Positions 17,903 to 28,258 of a stretch of DNA of 64,000 nucleotides are shown here, piece by piece. Made by a program: the position numbers and the translations under genes. This DNA comes from Eubacteriales bacterium. Lineage in GTDB: Bacteria; Bacillota; Clostridia; Oscillospirales; CAG-272. How positions within the stretch are numbered: position 1 is the first letter of the stretch; every line of letters starts with the position of its first letter. Below the pieces are notes generated by a model, which ran no database searches, was not told the origin of the DNA, and saw only the letters and a list, made by a program, of their open reading frames with translations. The DNA is taken from positions 33,196-97,195 of the forward strand of contig JAZMZI010000084.1 of the NCBI GenBank assembly GCA_045585895.1, given 5' to 3'.

Positions 17903-20647
17903 TTATTCCCGCCTTTTTCCGATAAGATAAGCTACGAGAAGCGCAATTCCGTAAACAGCGAGATATCCCGGTATAATCAAATACTCAAACAAACCGAATC
18001 CGTTCTTATAAAGCTCCGTAGCAAATGGCAGCTGCGTAGAAAGTGCGCATATTCCCAAAAGTATCGCGTAGGCAATTACTACCTTCAACCAACAATAGCT
18101 TCTTCCCTCACCCTTTTTCGTATGCTTAAGATTGATTATAAGAACTTCTGTGCACATGGTAAGAAGCAGACATATAAATATCGGCAGCGTATACGCGGGC
18201 GTTTCGCCGAAAACTCCGCAAACGTCAAGTATCTTAACGGCAACAGTGACGACAAAGGCTACCGAAACTCTCGATATCAAGGAAGGAATATGTTTGATCA
18301 AAAGTCTCTTGGGATATTCCGTATAGTTCCTCTTTATCGAGATCACGTCGAACCTCTGCTCCGAATCGGAGAACACCGTAGCAGAAAGAAGAGCGAATAC
18401 CGCAGCCAAAGAAACGGTCTGAACGGGATCCAACAAGATATTACCGGTAATAACGCTCATGGCGCAGAAAGTCAAAAGATTGGCGGAAAGGAGCGCAAAA
18501 AGCAGCACTGATTGAGCCAAGGATACACAAGCTCCCCTTGACATTCTTATTGCTTTGAACAACGAATAGATTCCGCCGCCGCTTTCGTTAGCTCTCTTTA
18601 CGGTAACCTTGGAAAGAAGTCTCGTCTGCTGAGAGGCTCTCAGATTGGTATCTCTGCCTTCGGCATGCATTCTTTCATATACCGCTTCGCGATGTTTTTC
18701 GGTTGAGTAACGGATCGTATCACAGGTAACCACAACGTCGGTCTTTGCCATGATCTCATTATATTCATTTGCTACTCCGTAAGCTGCTATACTGCTTCCT
18801 CGCTCACGCATTTTTGCAATCAGCGCAGAATACTCTTCCGTACTGAAGCCCACATAAGCCGAATATGAGCCAATATCGTCGGTAATTTTTTTGCCGAGCT
18901 TACGAAATTCGGACGCATAGGCGATTTCTTTTTCAAAAACCGAGCTTAAACTCCGAGATTTGACGATTTTAAAACATTCTCTCTCCTCGCAAGGCAAAAA
19001 AACCGTAGTATTTATGCCAAAGCTCTTCATTTCATTAACGACGTTATTAATTTCGGTGTCGGCGGGCTGGTAAATAGCCAAAGCACCTTCAAAAATGCAT
19101 TTTCCTTCGCTCTCGGAGATACAGAGCACGGCTTGTGAACCGTTTTCTTCGGTCTCTTTGAGATATGCATTGATAACGGAGATACTGTGCTCATCCATGT
19201 CAACCGCGTCTTGTCCTATCCTGATCGAACGGCATATACTCAAAGCCTTTTTATCAAAGGTCATAGTAACGCGGTAGATCGAACTGTCAGTCTCTGCGCA
19301 GGCGTATCCGTAGCCGGTCTTTATATCGTTGGCATAGTAAAGTGATTTCGTTGCAAGCGCCGCGCCGCTGAAATCAAATCCGCAAGTTCGCAGATGGATA
19401 TAGAGAGCTTCGGTTATTCCGTCAAGATTGAAGTTGGAATCAACGCCGCCGTCACGCAACGCTCTTACATAAGTATTTATAAATGAAAGCAATCTTTCCG
19501 ATTCGGGCGTGTCAACGGCCAGGCTTTCGACTCGGTTGCACGATACGAGAGCAGAACCGATTTTAAATACGCCCTCGTAAAGACCCGCGGTACCGAAGAG
19601 AACAACGTCGGTGACCTCCGTAAGTCTGTCAAAAGCCTTGACGGTTCTTACTGCCGCCGAATTGTCCTTCTTTCTCTTTGCGCTCTTGTTGATCGACAGT
19701 CTCGTTATGTAGGACGCAAATATCTCTTTTCCGGCAAAGGAAAGCATTTCTCCCGTGACGAGAAACGCCGAGGACAAAAGCATCATAAAGTACCATATAA
19801 ACTCCTCTTTGCCGCGGAAAGTCAGAAGCCCCAGGAGGGATAAAAGGAGAAGCGTAGCCGCGCATATAAAAGCAATTTTGCTTATCGTGCCCCGAAGACT
19901 TTTCACTGCTCTGCTTTCGGATTCAACGCCGCCGAGCGCTCCGTCGGCAATGTAATCGCTTAGATATACCGATTCTCCAACTTCGACCACTAAAGCGACC
20001 GCACTTCCCTTTACGACTGCACTTCCGCTATACAGCATATTTTCAGCATCGGGAGCTTGGACACTATCGTCCTGATAGGATATATCGGCGCGCTTCATCA
20101 CTCTGCGACGGCTGATTCCGCCGTCTGCTCGTCCGAAAAGCTCGTCAACGAAAAGCGCGTCTGACTTTACTATCCTTGCGTCGCACGGCAAAAGGTCACC
20201 TTCTCCAAGAAGTATAACGTCGCCAACGACAAGGTTCCTACCATCGGTATAAAACGTATTTCCGCCGCGTTTTACCCTGACCATCGGCGCCGCGTACTCA
20301 CGCATACCGTTGAGTCTTCGTTCGGCACGCAACGAAACTATGCCGCCAAATACTGCCGCGGCGAGAGTTGACAGAAAAACCAATCCACCAAGATATTCTC
20401 TGCCGAAAATTGTGGCAAGGAGGGATATCAGAAGCAATAAAACCGTAAGCGGAGAACACACGAAAGACAGCAAAGGATGCCAAAACGAGCGTCTTTGAGG
20501 CACGAAAAGAGATTTGACTTTGCCGTGCGTGCGCTTTTTGTATTTTTCAAGTCTCTCTCGCGCTTCTCTTGCCGAGAGGCCCTCGGCAAGATCGGTATTA
20601 AGCTTCTTTTCTAAAATATTAATTTCGGGAATATGCCATTTTTCCAT
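17903..20647 (-). CDS. P2-type cation ATPase homologue with degenerate catalytic motifs
   Basis: GLSAREARERL, VRVKRGG, LVVGDVILL.EGDLLPCDARI, ENMLYSGS.V..G, about 10 TM segments; lacks DKTGT, TGES, PEGL and GDGxND. Confidence 0.8.
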   Translation of the reverse strand: MEKWHIPEINILEKKLNTDLAEGLSAREARERLEKYKKRTHGKVKSLFVPQRRSFWHPLLSFVCSPLTVLLLLISLLATIFGREYLGGLVFLSTLAAAVFGGIVSLRAERRLNGMREYAAPMVRVKRGGNTFYTDGRNLVVGDVILLGEGDLLPCDARIVKSDALFVDELFGRADGGISRRRVMKRADISYQDDSVQAPDAENMLYSGSAVVKGSAVALVVEVGESVYLSDYIADGALGGVESESRAVKSLRGTISKIAFICAATLLLLSLLGLLTFRGKEEFIWYFMMLLSSAFLVTGEMLSFAGKEIFASYITRLSINKSAKRKKDNSAAVRTVKAFDRLTEVTDVVLFGTAGLYEGVFKIGSALVSCNRVESLAVDTPESERLLSFINTYVRALRDGGVDSNFNLDGITEALYIHLRTCGFDFSGAALATKSLYYANDIKTGYGYACAETDSSIYRVTMTFDKKALSICRSIRIGQDAVDMDEHSISVINAYLKETEENGSQAVLCISESEGKCIFEGALAIYQPADTEINNVVNEMKSFGINTTVFLPCEERECFKIVKSRSLSSVFEKEIAYASEFRKLGKKITDDIGSYSAYVGFSTEEYSALIAKMRERGSSIAAYGVANEYNEIMAKTDVVVTCDTIRYSTEKHREAVYERMHAEGRDTNLRASQQTRLLSKVTVKRANESGGGIYSLFKAIRMSRGACVSLAQSVLLFALLSANLLTFCAMSVITGNILLDPVQTVSLAAVFALLSATVFSDSEQRFDVISIKRNYTEYPKRLLIKHIPSLISRVSVAFVVTVAVKILDVCGVFGETPAYTLPIFICLLLTMCTEVLIINLKHTKKGEGRSYCWLKVVIAYAILLGICALSTQLPFATELYKNGFGLFEYLIIPGYLAVYGIALLVAYLIGKRRE

Positions 20648-20673
20648 ACAGGTAATCTCCCATTAAACCAATT

Positions 20674-22998
20674 TTAAAAACACTTGACCTTAATTTCACC
20701 GTCCGATACGGAAAGTTTTGCGCTCTTATAGGTGAAATTATAATCGGAAATGATCTCTTCCGCAAGCTTGTCTTCAATATTTTTCTGGATATATCGTCTC
20801 ATGTTTCGAGCACCGTATTTTTCAGAGAACGAACCGTTTGCAACGATTCTTGCAACTTCTTCGTCGTATTCAAGATCGATTCCCTTTTCCGAAAGGACGC
20901 TCTTAAGCTCGTTAAGCATGATATGAGCTATTTTTTCAAAGTCGTTTACGTCAAGACTGCGGAAGGTTATTATTTCGTCAACGCGGTTAATAAATTCGGG
21001 GCGAAGGAATGCGGAAAGCGCCTTTTCGGTGCGTTCCTCGTTACTCTTTGCGGAGTCTGCCGCAAATCCGACTACGCCGCTCCTGTTTTCGGAGCCTGCG
21101 TTGGTAGTCATAACGATGACCGTATTCTCGAAGTTTACGGTCTTTCCGTGAGCGTCGGTTATCCTGCCGTCGTCAAGGATCTGAAGCAAAATATTGAGCA
21201 CGTCGGGGTGCGCCTTCTCAATCTCATCGAAAAGAACGACCGAATAGGGTCTGCGACGTATCTTTTCGGTGAGCTGACCCGCATCGTCGTAACCGACGTA
21301 TCCCGGAGGTGAGCCGATAATTCTGGAGACCGAATGCTTCTCCATAAACTCGGACATATCAAGTCTTATGAGAGTTTCGGGAGAATCAAAAAGGTCTGCG
21401 GCAAGAGTTTTTACAAGCTCTGTCTTACCAACGCCCGTAGGGCCAGCAAAGATAAAGGAAACAGGCTTACGCTTGTAGGATATACCCGCACGGTTGCGCT
21501 TCACGGCTCTTGAAACCGCGTCTACGGCAACGTCCTGTCCTACGAGCCTCTTTTTGAGTCTTTCGGAAAGACCGTCTATTCTTGAATACTCGTTCGCAGT
21601 AATATTGGTTGCGGGAATTCCCGTCCAAAGCTCTATGACGTCTGCAAGATGTTCCTCGGTGAGCACTACCTTCTCACATTCTCCGACTATCTCGTCAAGT
21701 CTTTGAGACAGTCTCATTTCCTCGGAGCGGATGCGTGCGATAGTCTCGTACTTCTTCTGCATTTCCTTATCGTCGGTAGTAGCGCTTGCCTCGCAGGCGT
21801 CTCTTTCGGTTTTGAGGTTCAGAAGCTTATCGTGTATCTCAAGCGATTCATTAAGCTCTGCCGACGAAAGCGACAGCTTTGATGCGGCTTCGTCGAGAAG
21901 GTCGATAGCCTTATCGGGCAGATATCTGTCGGTAATATATCTTTCCGAAAGAGTTACCGCGCGCGAAAGTATCCTTTCGGGGATTCTGATCTTGTGGAAA
22001 TCCTCGTAATAATGACTTATGCCGCGAAGCATTTCAACCGCCTCACCGACAGACGGCTCGTTGACTGTAACGGGCTGAAATCTTCTTTCAAGCGCAGAGT
22101 CTTTTTCAATATATTTTCTGTATTCGTTAAGAGTAGTGGCGCCGATTATGCGAACCTCTCCTCTTGAAAGCGCGGGCTTGAGGATGTTAGCGGCGTTAAC
22201 ACTACCCTCCGCATCACCTGTTCCGACGATATTGTGAACCTCGTCAATAACGAGTATCGCTCTGCCGTGTTCCTTGACATCCGAAAGCAATCCGAGAATT
22301 CTTGATTCGAACTGACCTCTGAACTGCGTTCCCGCAACCAAAGCCGTCAGATCCACAAGAAAGATCTCTTTATCTCGAAGCTTATAAGGAACGTTGCCGT
22401 CTGCAATTCTTATTGCAAGTCCCTCTGCGATAGCGGTTTTACCGACACCCGGCTCACCGATAAGGCAAGGATTGTTCTTCTGACGGCGGCAGAGAGTCTG
22501 AATAACTCTGTCCGTTTCACGCTCTCGCCCAACTATCCTGTCAAGCTTTCCGTCTCTCGCGCTCTGAGTGAGGTTTTTGCAATAGGTAGTGAGAAATTTA
22601 TATTGCTTTCCCTGCTTTCCACCGTTTTTGGGAGGCTCTTTTTTTCCATCCTTAGGGGTGACGGGTACGATATTCCCTCCGTTTTCCTTTCCCTGCATCA
22701 TCTGATTCGCCATATCCGCGAATCCGCTGTCCTTGAAAAGCTTGGGAAGGTCAATGGCGGGCGCTCCCCCGTCCTCGTCTCCTTGCGGGAGCATTTCGGC
22801 AAGCTCGTCCTCCATATTCTCCATCTGATCGGGAGAAATACCCATTTTATTATATATATCGCCCATCATACTGTCGATAGGCAACCCCATATCCTTTGCG
22901 CACTTGATGCAAAGTCCTTGGGATGATTTTTCACCGTTTTCTACCTTCGTAACGAAGATAACCGCCACCCTTTTGTGGCAATTAGAACACATTACCAT
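20674..22998 (-). CDS. Clp/Hsp100 ATPase (ClpC/ClpE-like) with N-terminal CxxC-CxxC zinc finger
   Basis: Two AAA modules ([16 protein letters not shown]), [24 protein letters not shown]; N-terminal CSNC...CIKC. Confidence 0.92.
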   Translation of the reverse strand: MVMCSNCHKRVAVIFVTKVENGEKSSQGLCIKCAKDMGLPIDSMMGDIYNKMGISPDQMENMEDELAEMLPQGDEDGGAPAIDLPKLFKDSGFADMANQMMQGKENGGNIVPVTPKDGKKEPPKNGGKQGKQYKFLTTYCKNLTQSARDGKLDRIVGRERETDRVIQTLCRRQKNNPCLIGEPGVGKTAIAEGLAIRIADGNVPYKLRDKEIFLVDLTALVAGTQFRGQFESRILGLLSDVKEHGRAILVIDEVHNIVGTGDAEGSVNAANILKPALSRGEVRIIGATTLNEYRKYIEKDSALERRFQPVTVNEPSVGEAVEMLRGISHYYEDFHKIRIPERILSRAVTLSERYITDRYLPDKAIDLLDEAASKLSLSSAELNESLEIHDKLLNLKTERDACEASATTDDKEMQKKYETIARIRSEEMRLSQRLDEIVGECEKVVLTEEHLADVIELWTGIPATNITANEYSRIDGLSERLKKRLVGQDVAVDAVSRAVKRNRAGISYKRKPVSFIFAGPTGVGKTELVKTLAADLFDSPETLIRLDMSEFMEKHSVSRIIGSPPGYVGYDDAGQLTEKIRRRPYSVVLFDEIEKAHPDVLNILLQILDDGRITDAHGKTVNFENTVIVMTTNAGSENRSGVVGFAADSAKSNEERTEKALSAFLRPEFINRVDEIITFRSLDVNDFEKIAHIMLNELKSVLSEKGIDLEYDEEVARIVANGSFSEKYGARNMRRYIQKNIEDKLAEEIISDYNFTYKSAKLSVSDGEIKVKCF

Positions 22999-23006
22999 TT
23001 TGAAAT

Positions 23007-23534
23007 TCACCTTCTGATACTAAACGATTTTTCGATAAGATCAAAAAAATTCAGATCAATTATCATTTTAAAGACCGAGGAATCACTGTATATCAGCAAT
23101 ATCTCGGGTTTTCTTATTAATTCCGACGTAAGCTCAAGTCCACTGAAAAGCAGATTTGAAATAAGAGTTGTCACTGACAGACCGATCAAAAATCCAACCG
23201 TAAGCCCGCCTATTTTGTCTAACCAAGAAATTATCGAAATATTCAACCCTCTCATTCTGCCGAAAAGCAGAGATGAGAATATAAAAGCAATTAAAAACAA
23301 AAGAACGTAGGATATGATCAACGATAATACCGTGCCAAATGTGCCGTCTATGCGTTTTGATATAAAATCATTTACAAAGTAAACGGAAAGAATTTCTCCG
23401 AATAACGCTGCAAACGAAAGTGATAAAAGCACCTTCAAAACGCCGCAAGCAATTCCGAAAATTCCTATTTTAAAGAATTTGACCGTAAAAAATGCAATTA
23501 CAGCAACCAATATCACGTCGACCAGCATATTCAT
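23007..23534 (-). CDS. CvpA-family membrane protein
   Basis: VDVILV start, 4 TM helices, WLDKIGG..VG motif. Confidence 0.7.
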   Translation of the reverse strand: MNMLVDVILVAVIAFFTVKFFKIGIFGIACGVLKVLLSLSFAALFGEILSVYFVNDFISKRIDGTFGTVLSLIISYVLLFLIAFIFSSLLFGRMRGLNISIISWLDKIGGLTVGFLIGLSVTTLISNLLFSGLELTSELIRKPEILLIYSDSSVFKMIIDLNFFDLIEKSFSIRR

Positions 23535-23563
23535 ATTCTTCTCCTATCCGCCTCAGCGTTAAA

Positions 23564-24862
23564 TTAATTAAAGGATATGTAATATGCCGATGTATTCGTA
23601 CAAACCGTTACGGTTCCGTCGTCAAAAATCACGAGCCTTGCGTTTTCAGAACCGTGCGCGGTGCTTACAGACGTTCCGAAAAGCGTATCTATACGTCTGA
23701 CCTCCTTATCGGTGAGAACGTAAACGTAGCTTTCACGAATGGCAATATCTGCTACTCCGCCGTCAAGCTTATGCTCGCTTATCTTATTTCCGTTTTCTCC
23801 GAAAACAATCAGAGAAAATGCCGAATCGATGCCGTCGTCCTTAAACAATACCGCGAATCCGCCGTCACAAACCGAGATATCGGCAACCTTCTTTGAATAC
23901 TCTTCTCTGTTCTTTTCTCTGCAATCGAGATCGAACACAGCGGAATATTCCGAGCTTATAAGCGCTATTCTGTCGTTTGAAATAAAGGATGCCGTATACG
24001 GCAGTATACCCTTTAAAGAGACCGAGGAACGCGTCGACTTCTTTCCCCGTTCAACGACCGTGAGAGTTGCCATACCGTCACCGTCCTTGGCGTCAAGTGA
24101 AAGCACGGCTATCTTTTTTCCGTCAGGAGATATATTGGCGGAAATTACGTGATCGTTCCTCGAATATTCGGATTCAAGAACGTATTTCTCGTTATACACG
24201 CGAACGACCGAACCGTAGTTTTCCGACTTCGTAACGATACAGAAGCTTCCGTCATCCGCCATATCAGCGGAGCTTATGGGATAGTCGAGCTCTTCTGAAC
24301 GCACCGAAATAAACGAATTATAAACCTTAAAGGTCTTTCTTCCCTGATCGTAGATCAATAAAGAAGTGTCCGAAGAACATATTCTGGGGTTTGTAAACTC
24401 CGAACCCTCGGACATAGTAACTCGTCCCGTCGAGGCAAAGAGCTTTATCTCACTGTCGCTCGCAACCGCAAGCCCGTTTTTAAACACGTCAAAATCCTGA
24501 TTACTGAACGGACGCGAATAGTTCAAGCTTGACGGTCTGTTCTCAACGAAGCTGTTTATATATGCAATATCCTTAAACATATAATATACGTTATCGTAGG
24601 ATATTATGCTGCCGCCGAAAAGAATGAGCGCGGCAAGGAGCAGGCAAAGCAACGAAAGACAGGCAAGTCTTGCCATGCCGAATATAAAGGATATCCGAGC
24701 TTCCTTTGGGCTGTCGGCTCCTTCAAATCCCGCGTAAGCCTTTTCATGCTCAACGATTCTTTGCGGAAGGCGCAATTCTTTTATTTTTTCAAACGTATTA
24801 CGAACAAAAGATATAACTTTACCGAGAAACGAAATTTCACGTTCATTATCGTTATTCTTCAA
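23564..24862 (-). CDS. DUF5711-family membrane-anchored beta-propeller-like protein
   Basis: Single N-terminal TM then repeated beta-rich units (FTNP, IYDQGR, ISPDGKKIAV); adjacent to CvpA. Confidence 0.6.
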   Translation of the reverse strand: MKNNDNEREISFLGKVISFVRNTFEKIKELRLPQRIVEHEKAYAGFEGADSPKEARISFIFGMARLACLSLLCLLLAALILFGGSIISYDNVYYMFKDIAYINSFVENRPSSLNYSRPFSNQDFDVFKNGLAVASDSEIKLFASTGRVTMSEGSEFTNPRICSSDTSLLIYDQGRKTFKVYNSFISVRSEELDYPISSADMADDGSFCIVTKSENYGSVVRVYNEKYVLESEYSRNDHVISANISPDGKKIAVLSLDAKDGDGMATLTVVERGKKSTRSSVSLKGILPYTASFISNDRIALISSEYSAVFDLDCREKNREEYSKKVADISVCDGGFAVLFKDDGIDSAFSLIVFGENGNKISEHKLDGGVADIAIRESYVYVLTDKEVRRIDTLFGTSVSTAHGSENARLVIFDDGTVTVCTNTSAYYISFN

Positions 24863-24897
24863 GACAGCGCCCCCTTTCTGAATTTAAATTAAAATTA

Positions 24898-25656
24898 TCA
24901 ATAGACCACCTTGTTGAGGTAAAGTCCCTCAGCGGGAGCAGTCATTCCCGCGTTCTTTCTGTCGCATGACGATATGATAGTTTCTATCTCTGACGGCAAA
25001 ATCTTTCCTCTTGCAACATCTGCGAGAGTTCCCGCCATTATCCTTACCATATTATAAAGGAATCCGTCCGCTGCAACCGTAAAGGTAATTATATCTCCTT
25101 CACGCATGACGTTGGCGTATTTTACGCATCTAACCGCAGACTCGACCTTGGATCCGCTAGCCATAAAGGCGGAAAAGTCGTGACTGCCGAGAAAATACTG
25201 TGCCGCATCGTTCATTCTATGAACCGCATCATCGTCAAACAAGTACGGAATATGCCATGATCTTCCTTCCTCAAAAGGACAACGCGCTTGCGAGTTATAA
25301 ATTCTGTAAACGTATTCCTTATATTTTACGTCATATCTCGGATGAAATCCATCATCTACCTCAATTGCTTGTATCACTGCAATATCTTTGGGAAGATAAG
25401 CATTCATAGCCGCGGGAATACGGCTGATATCAATACCTGTTTCAATGTGCCCCTCGCCTTTTTTCGTCACGGTCGCACAAAAGCAATTGGCATGGACACC
25501 CGTATCGGTGCGACTGCAACCCGTTACGTCGCAGTCAAATCCGAAAAGAGCCTTAGCGGCGGCGTTAAGCTCACCTTGTACCGTTCTTCCCTTCGGTTGT
25601 ATCTGATATCCGCAAAAATCACTTCCAAGATAAGAGAGAGTAAGAAGTATTTTCAT
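24898..25656 (-). CDS. truA: tRNA pseudouridine(38-40) synthase
   Basis: GYQIQ, SRTDTGVHA, HDFSAF, GFLYNMVR, TAPAEGL. Confidence 0.96.
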   Translation of the reverse strand: MKILLTLSYLGSDFCGYQIQPKGRTVQGELNAAAKALFGFDCDVTGCSRTDTGVHANCFCATVTKKGEGHIETGIDISRIPAAMNAYLPKDIAVIQAIEVDDGFHPRYDVKYKEYVYRIYNSQARCPFEEGRSWHIPYLFDDDAVHRMNDAAQYFLGSHDFSAFMASGSKVESAVRCVKYANVMREGDIITFTVAADGFLYNMVRIMAGTLADVARGKILPSEIETIISSCDRKNAGMTAPAEGLYLNKVVY

Positions 25657-25670
25657 TTTGAACTTCCTTT

Positions 25671-26495
25671 TTACATAGTATAACCCGGGGCGTAGATATT
25701 TATAAGCACTATCGACGCTCCGAAGAGTATTACCAAAGCAAGCGCGGCGAAATCTCTGAATGAAAACTTCAGCACGTTAAGCTTCGTTCTTCCCTGACCT
25801 CCCCTGTAACAACGGCAGGTCATAGCCGTTGCAAGCTCTCCCGCACGTCTGAAAGCAGAGATAAACAGAGGAATAAGTATAGGAATCAGCGCTTTTGCCC
25901 TCTTTACAAGAGAACCGCTTGTAAAATCAGCTCCTCTCGCTTTCTGCGCGGCCATTATCTTTTCGGTCTCCTCGATTATGGTAGGTATAAAGCGGAGAGC
26001 GATAGTCATCATCATAGCAAACTCGTGGACGGGCGCTTTAAACACCTTCAAAGGCGAAAGAAGCTGCTCAAGTCCGTCGGTCAGCTGGATAGGCGTAGTG
26101 GTATAGGTCAGGAACATTCCCGTACCGATTATCATCGATATGATCCTTACAAGTATAAACGCGGCATTATAAATACCGCTTGCGTATACGTTGATTATCC
26201 ACCACGAAAAGAGCGGCGAAGCGTCGGGATCCGAGGTCCACAAAATATTGATAGCTGCAGTAAATACCATTATAAAAATGATAGCCTTAATGGATTTTAA
26301 AACGATCCTCAGGGGTATTCTGCTTATAATTATCAGCACGAGAGCAGATATCAAAAGCAGAGCGAAGCTGTGCACGTTTGCGCACAAAAAGCTGGCAACG
26401 ATATAAATGATCGCCATAACTATCTTCATTCTGGGGTCAAGGCGGTGCATTACCGATTTGGCGGGATAAAACTGACCGAATGCTATTCCGTTCAT
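25671..26495 (-). CDS. ecfT: ECF transporter transmembrane component
   Basis: LDPRMK, TT.PIQLTDGLE, IALRFIP, AQKARG. Confidence 0.93.
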   Translation of the reverse strand: MNGIAFGQFYPAKSVMHRLDPRMKIVMAIIYIVASFLCANVHSFALLLISALVLIIISRIPLRIVLKSIKAIIFIMVFTAAINILWTSDPDASPLFSWWIINVYASGIYNAAFILVRIISMIIGTGMFLTYTTTPIQLTDGLEQLLSPLKVFKAPVHEFAMMMTIALRFIPTIIEETEKIMAAQKARGADFTSGSLVKRAKALIPILIPLFISAFRRAGELATAMTCRCYRGGQGRTKLNVLKFSFRDFAALALVILFGASIVLINIYAPGYTM

Positions 26496-27349
26496 ACGCC
26501 ACCTCCGAACAGAGCGAGAAGAGCCTCTTCGGCTTCTTCAACAGTATATATATCCTGTGATACCTCTATTCCTTGCGCAGCGAGAAGGCGCATAAGATAG
26601 GTCATCTGAGGCACTCCGAGACCGATCTCCTCAAGCTCGTCACCGCGGGAAAATATTTCGTTTCTCTTACCGCACATAACTGCTTGGGAATGGGACATAA
26701 CGATGATATTTTCACAGTATTTCGCCATATCGTCCATACTGTGGCTTACTATTACGACTGCCGCTTCGCTGATCTCGGCGTAATTGCGAATGCCTTCGAA
26801 AATTGCCGTTTTACCTTGTGGGTCAAGCCCTGCGGAAGGCTCGTCAAGCACCAAGACCTCGGGTCGCATAGCCATAATACCAGCGATAGCCGCACGTCTC
26901 TTCTGACCGCCCGAAAGATCGAACGGAGATTTTTTGAGATCCTCACGGTCAAGACCGACGATATCGGCGGTCTCAAGCACTCTTTTCTTGATTTCCTCAT
27001 CATCAAGCCCCATATTTTTGGGGCCAAACGCAATATCAGCCCAAACGGTATCCTCAAACAACTGATATTCGGGATACTGCATAACGAGCCCGACCTTATA
27101 TCTTATGTCAGCGATCTTGACGCCCTTACCCCAAATATCAACTCCGTCAAGCAGAACTCTGCCCGACGTGGGTTTAAGAAGTCCGTTGAACATCTGCACC
27201 AAAGTTGATTTTCCCGAGCCTGTGTGACCTATGATGCCCGTTATGCAATTTGATTCAATATCGACGCTTACGTCGTCAAGCGCCGTGACCTGAAAAGGAG
27301 TTTTGGCACTATAAACGAATGAAACGTTCTCAATAGTAATTTTTGACAT
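26492..27349 (-). CDS. ecfA2: ECF transporter ATPase A2
   Basis: GHTGSGKST, QYPEYQLF, SPFDLSGGQKRR. Confidence 0.93.
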   Translation of the reverse strand: MSKITIENVSFVYSAKTPFQVTALDDVSVDIESNCITGIIGHTGSGKSTLVQMFNGLLKPTSGRVLLDGVDIWGKGVKIADIRYKVGLVMQYPEYQLFEDTVWADIAFGPKNMGLDDEEIKKRVLETADIVGLDREDLKKSPFDLSGGQKRRAAIAGIMAMRPEVLVLDEPSAGLDPQGKTAIFEGIRNYAEISEAAVVIVSHSMDDMAKYCENIIVMSHSQAVMCGKRNEIFSRGDELEEIGLGVPQMTYLMRLLAAQGIEVSQDIYTVEEAEEALLALFGGGV

Positions 27350-27355
27350 CTTTAA

Positions 27356-28219
27356 TCACCTGTTCAAAGCTTTAATTATCGTCTCTGCGCACTGTTCGGG
27401 GGTATTTATGTCACCGTCAAGCTTTATTCCCTTTTTTCTTAGTCTCAAAAGCAATTCGGAGCATTGAGGTATATCAAGTCCCGCGCTTCTAAGTATCTGA
27501 GATTGCGCAAATATTTTTTCGGGAGAGCCATCGAGAATGATCTTGCCATCGTTAATAACGACGACTCTGTCTGCTCTTACAGCCTCGTCCATATAGTGTG
27601 TTATGGTAAGGACAGTTTTACCCTCCTCTCGGTTCAGCTTTTCGATAGTTTTTACCACATCACGTCTTCCGATAGGATCAAGCATAGCCGTAGATTCATC
27701 AAATATCATACATTCGGGCTTCATAGCGATAATTCCCGCAATAGCGATCCTCTGCTTTTGACCGCCCGAAAGCCTGTGCGGCTCATGCTTGGCATATTTG
27801 GTCATTCCAACGGTTGCCAGTGCCTCGTCAACTCTCTTTCTGATCTCCTCGCGAGGCAGTCCGAGATTTTCGGGCCCGAAAGCGACGTCCTCCTCGACCA
27901 CGGTAGCCACAAGCTGGTTGTCGGGATTCTGGAATACCATTCCGACCTTTTTTCTCAGATCGTATATATCGTCCTCGGTCATATCGTCCGAGGTAATATC
28001 TTTACCATCGACTTCTATACTACCTTCAAAATAATCGTAATCGTCAATGACCAGATTCAAAAGCTTTGCAAGAGTGGATTTTCCCGATCCGTTATGACCG
28101 AGAACGGCAACGTATTCGCCTTTTTCTATATCAAGGTCAACGCCGCGAAGCACTTCAACAGGCTCGCCGTCGTCACCTTTGTACGCATATTTAAGATTTC
28201 TTATTTTTATATAAGACAT
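27356..28219 (-). CDS. ecfA1: ECF transporter ATPase A1
   Basis: GHNGSGKST, FQNPDNQ, LSGGQKQR, DESTAMLDP. Confidence 0.93.
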   Translation of the reverse strand: MSYIKIRNLKYAYKGDDGEPVEVLRGVDLDIEKGEYVAVLGHNGSGKSTLAKLLNLVIDDYDYFEGSIEVDGKDITSDDMTEDDIYDLRKKVGMVFQNPDNQLVATVVEEDVAFGPENLGLPREEIRKRVDEALATVGMTKYAKHEPHRLSGGQKQRIAIAGIIAMKPECMIFDESTAMLDPIGRRDVVKTIEKLNREEGKTVLTITHYMDEAVRADRVVVINDGKIILDGSPEKIFAQSQILRSAGLDIPQCSELLLRLRKKGIKLDGDINTPEQCAETIIKALNR

Positions 28220-28258
28220 CGTAGATTCCTTTTCGTTTCTTGCCGCAACAGTGCGGTG

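Noticed and set aside
17903-20647. Calling the P-type ATPase either a pseudogene or an active Ca2+ pump
   Set aside because: No frameshift or stop and a good GGAG RBS argue against a pseudogene; missing DKTGT argues against an active pump.
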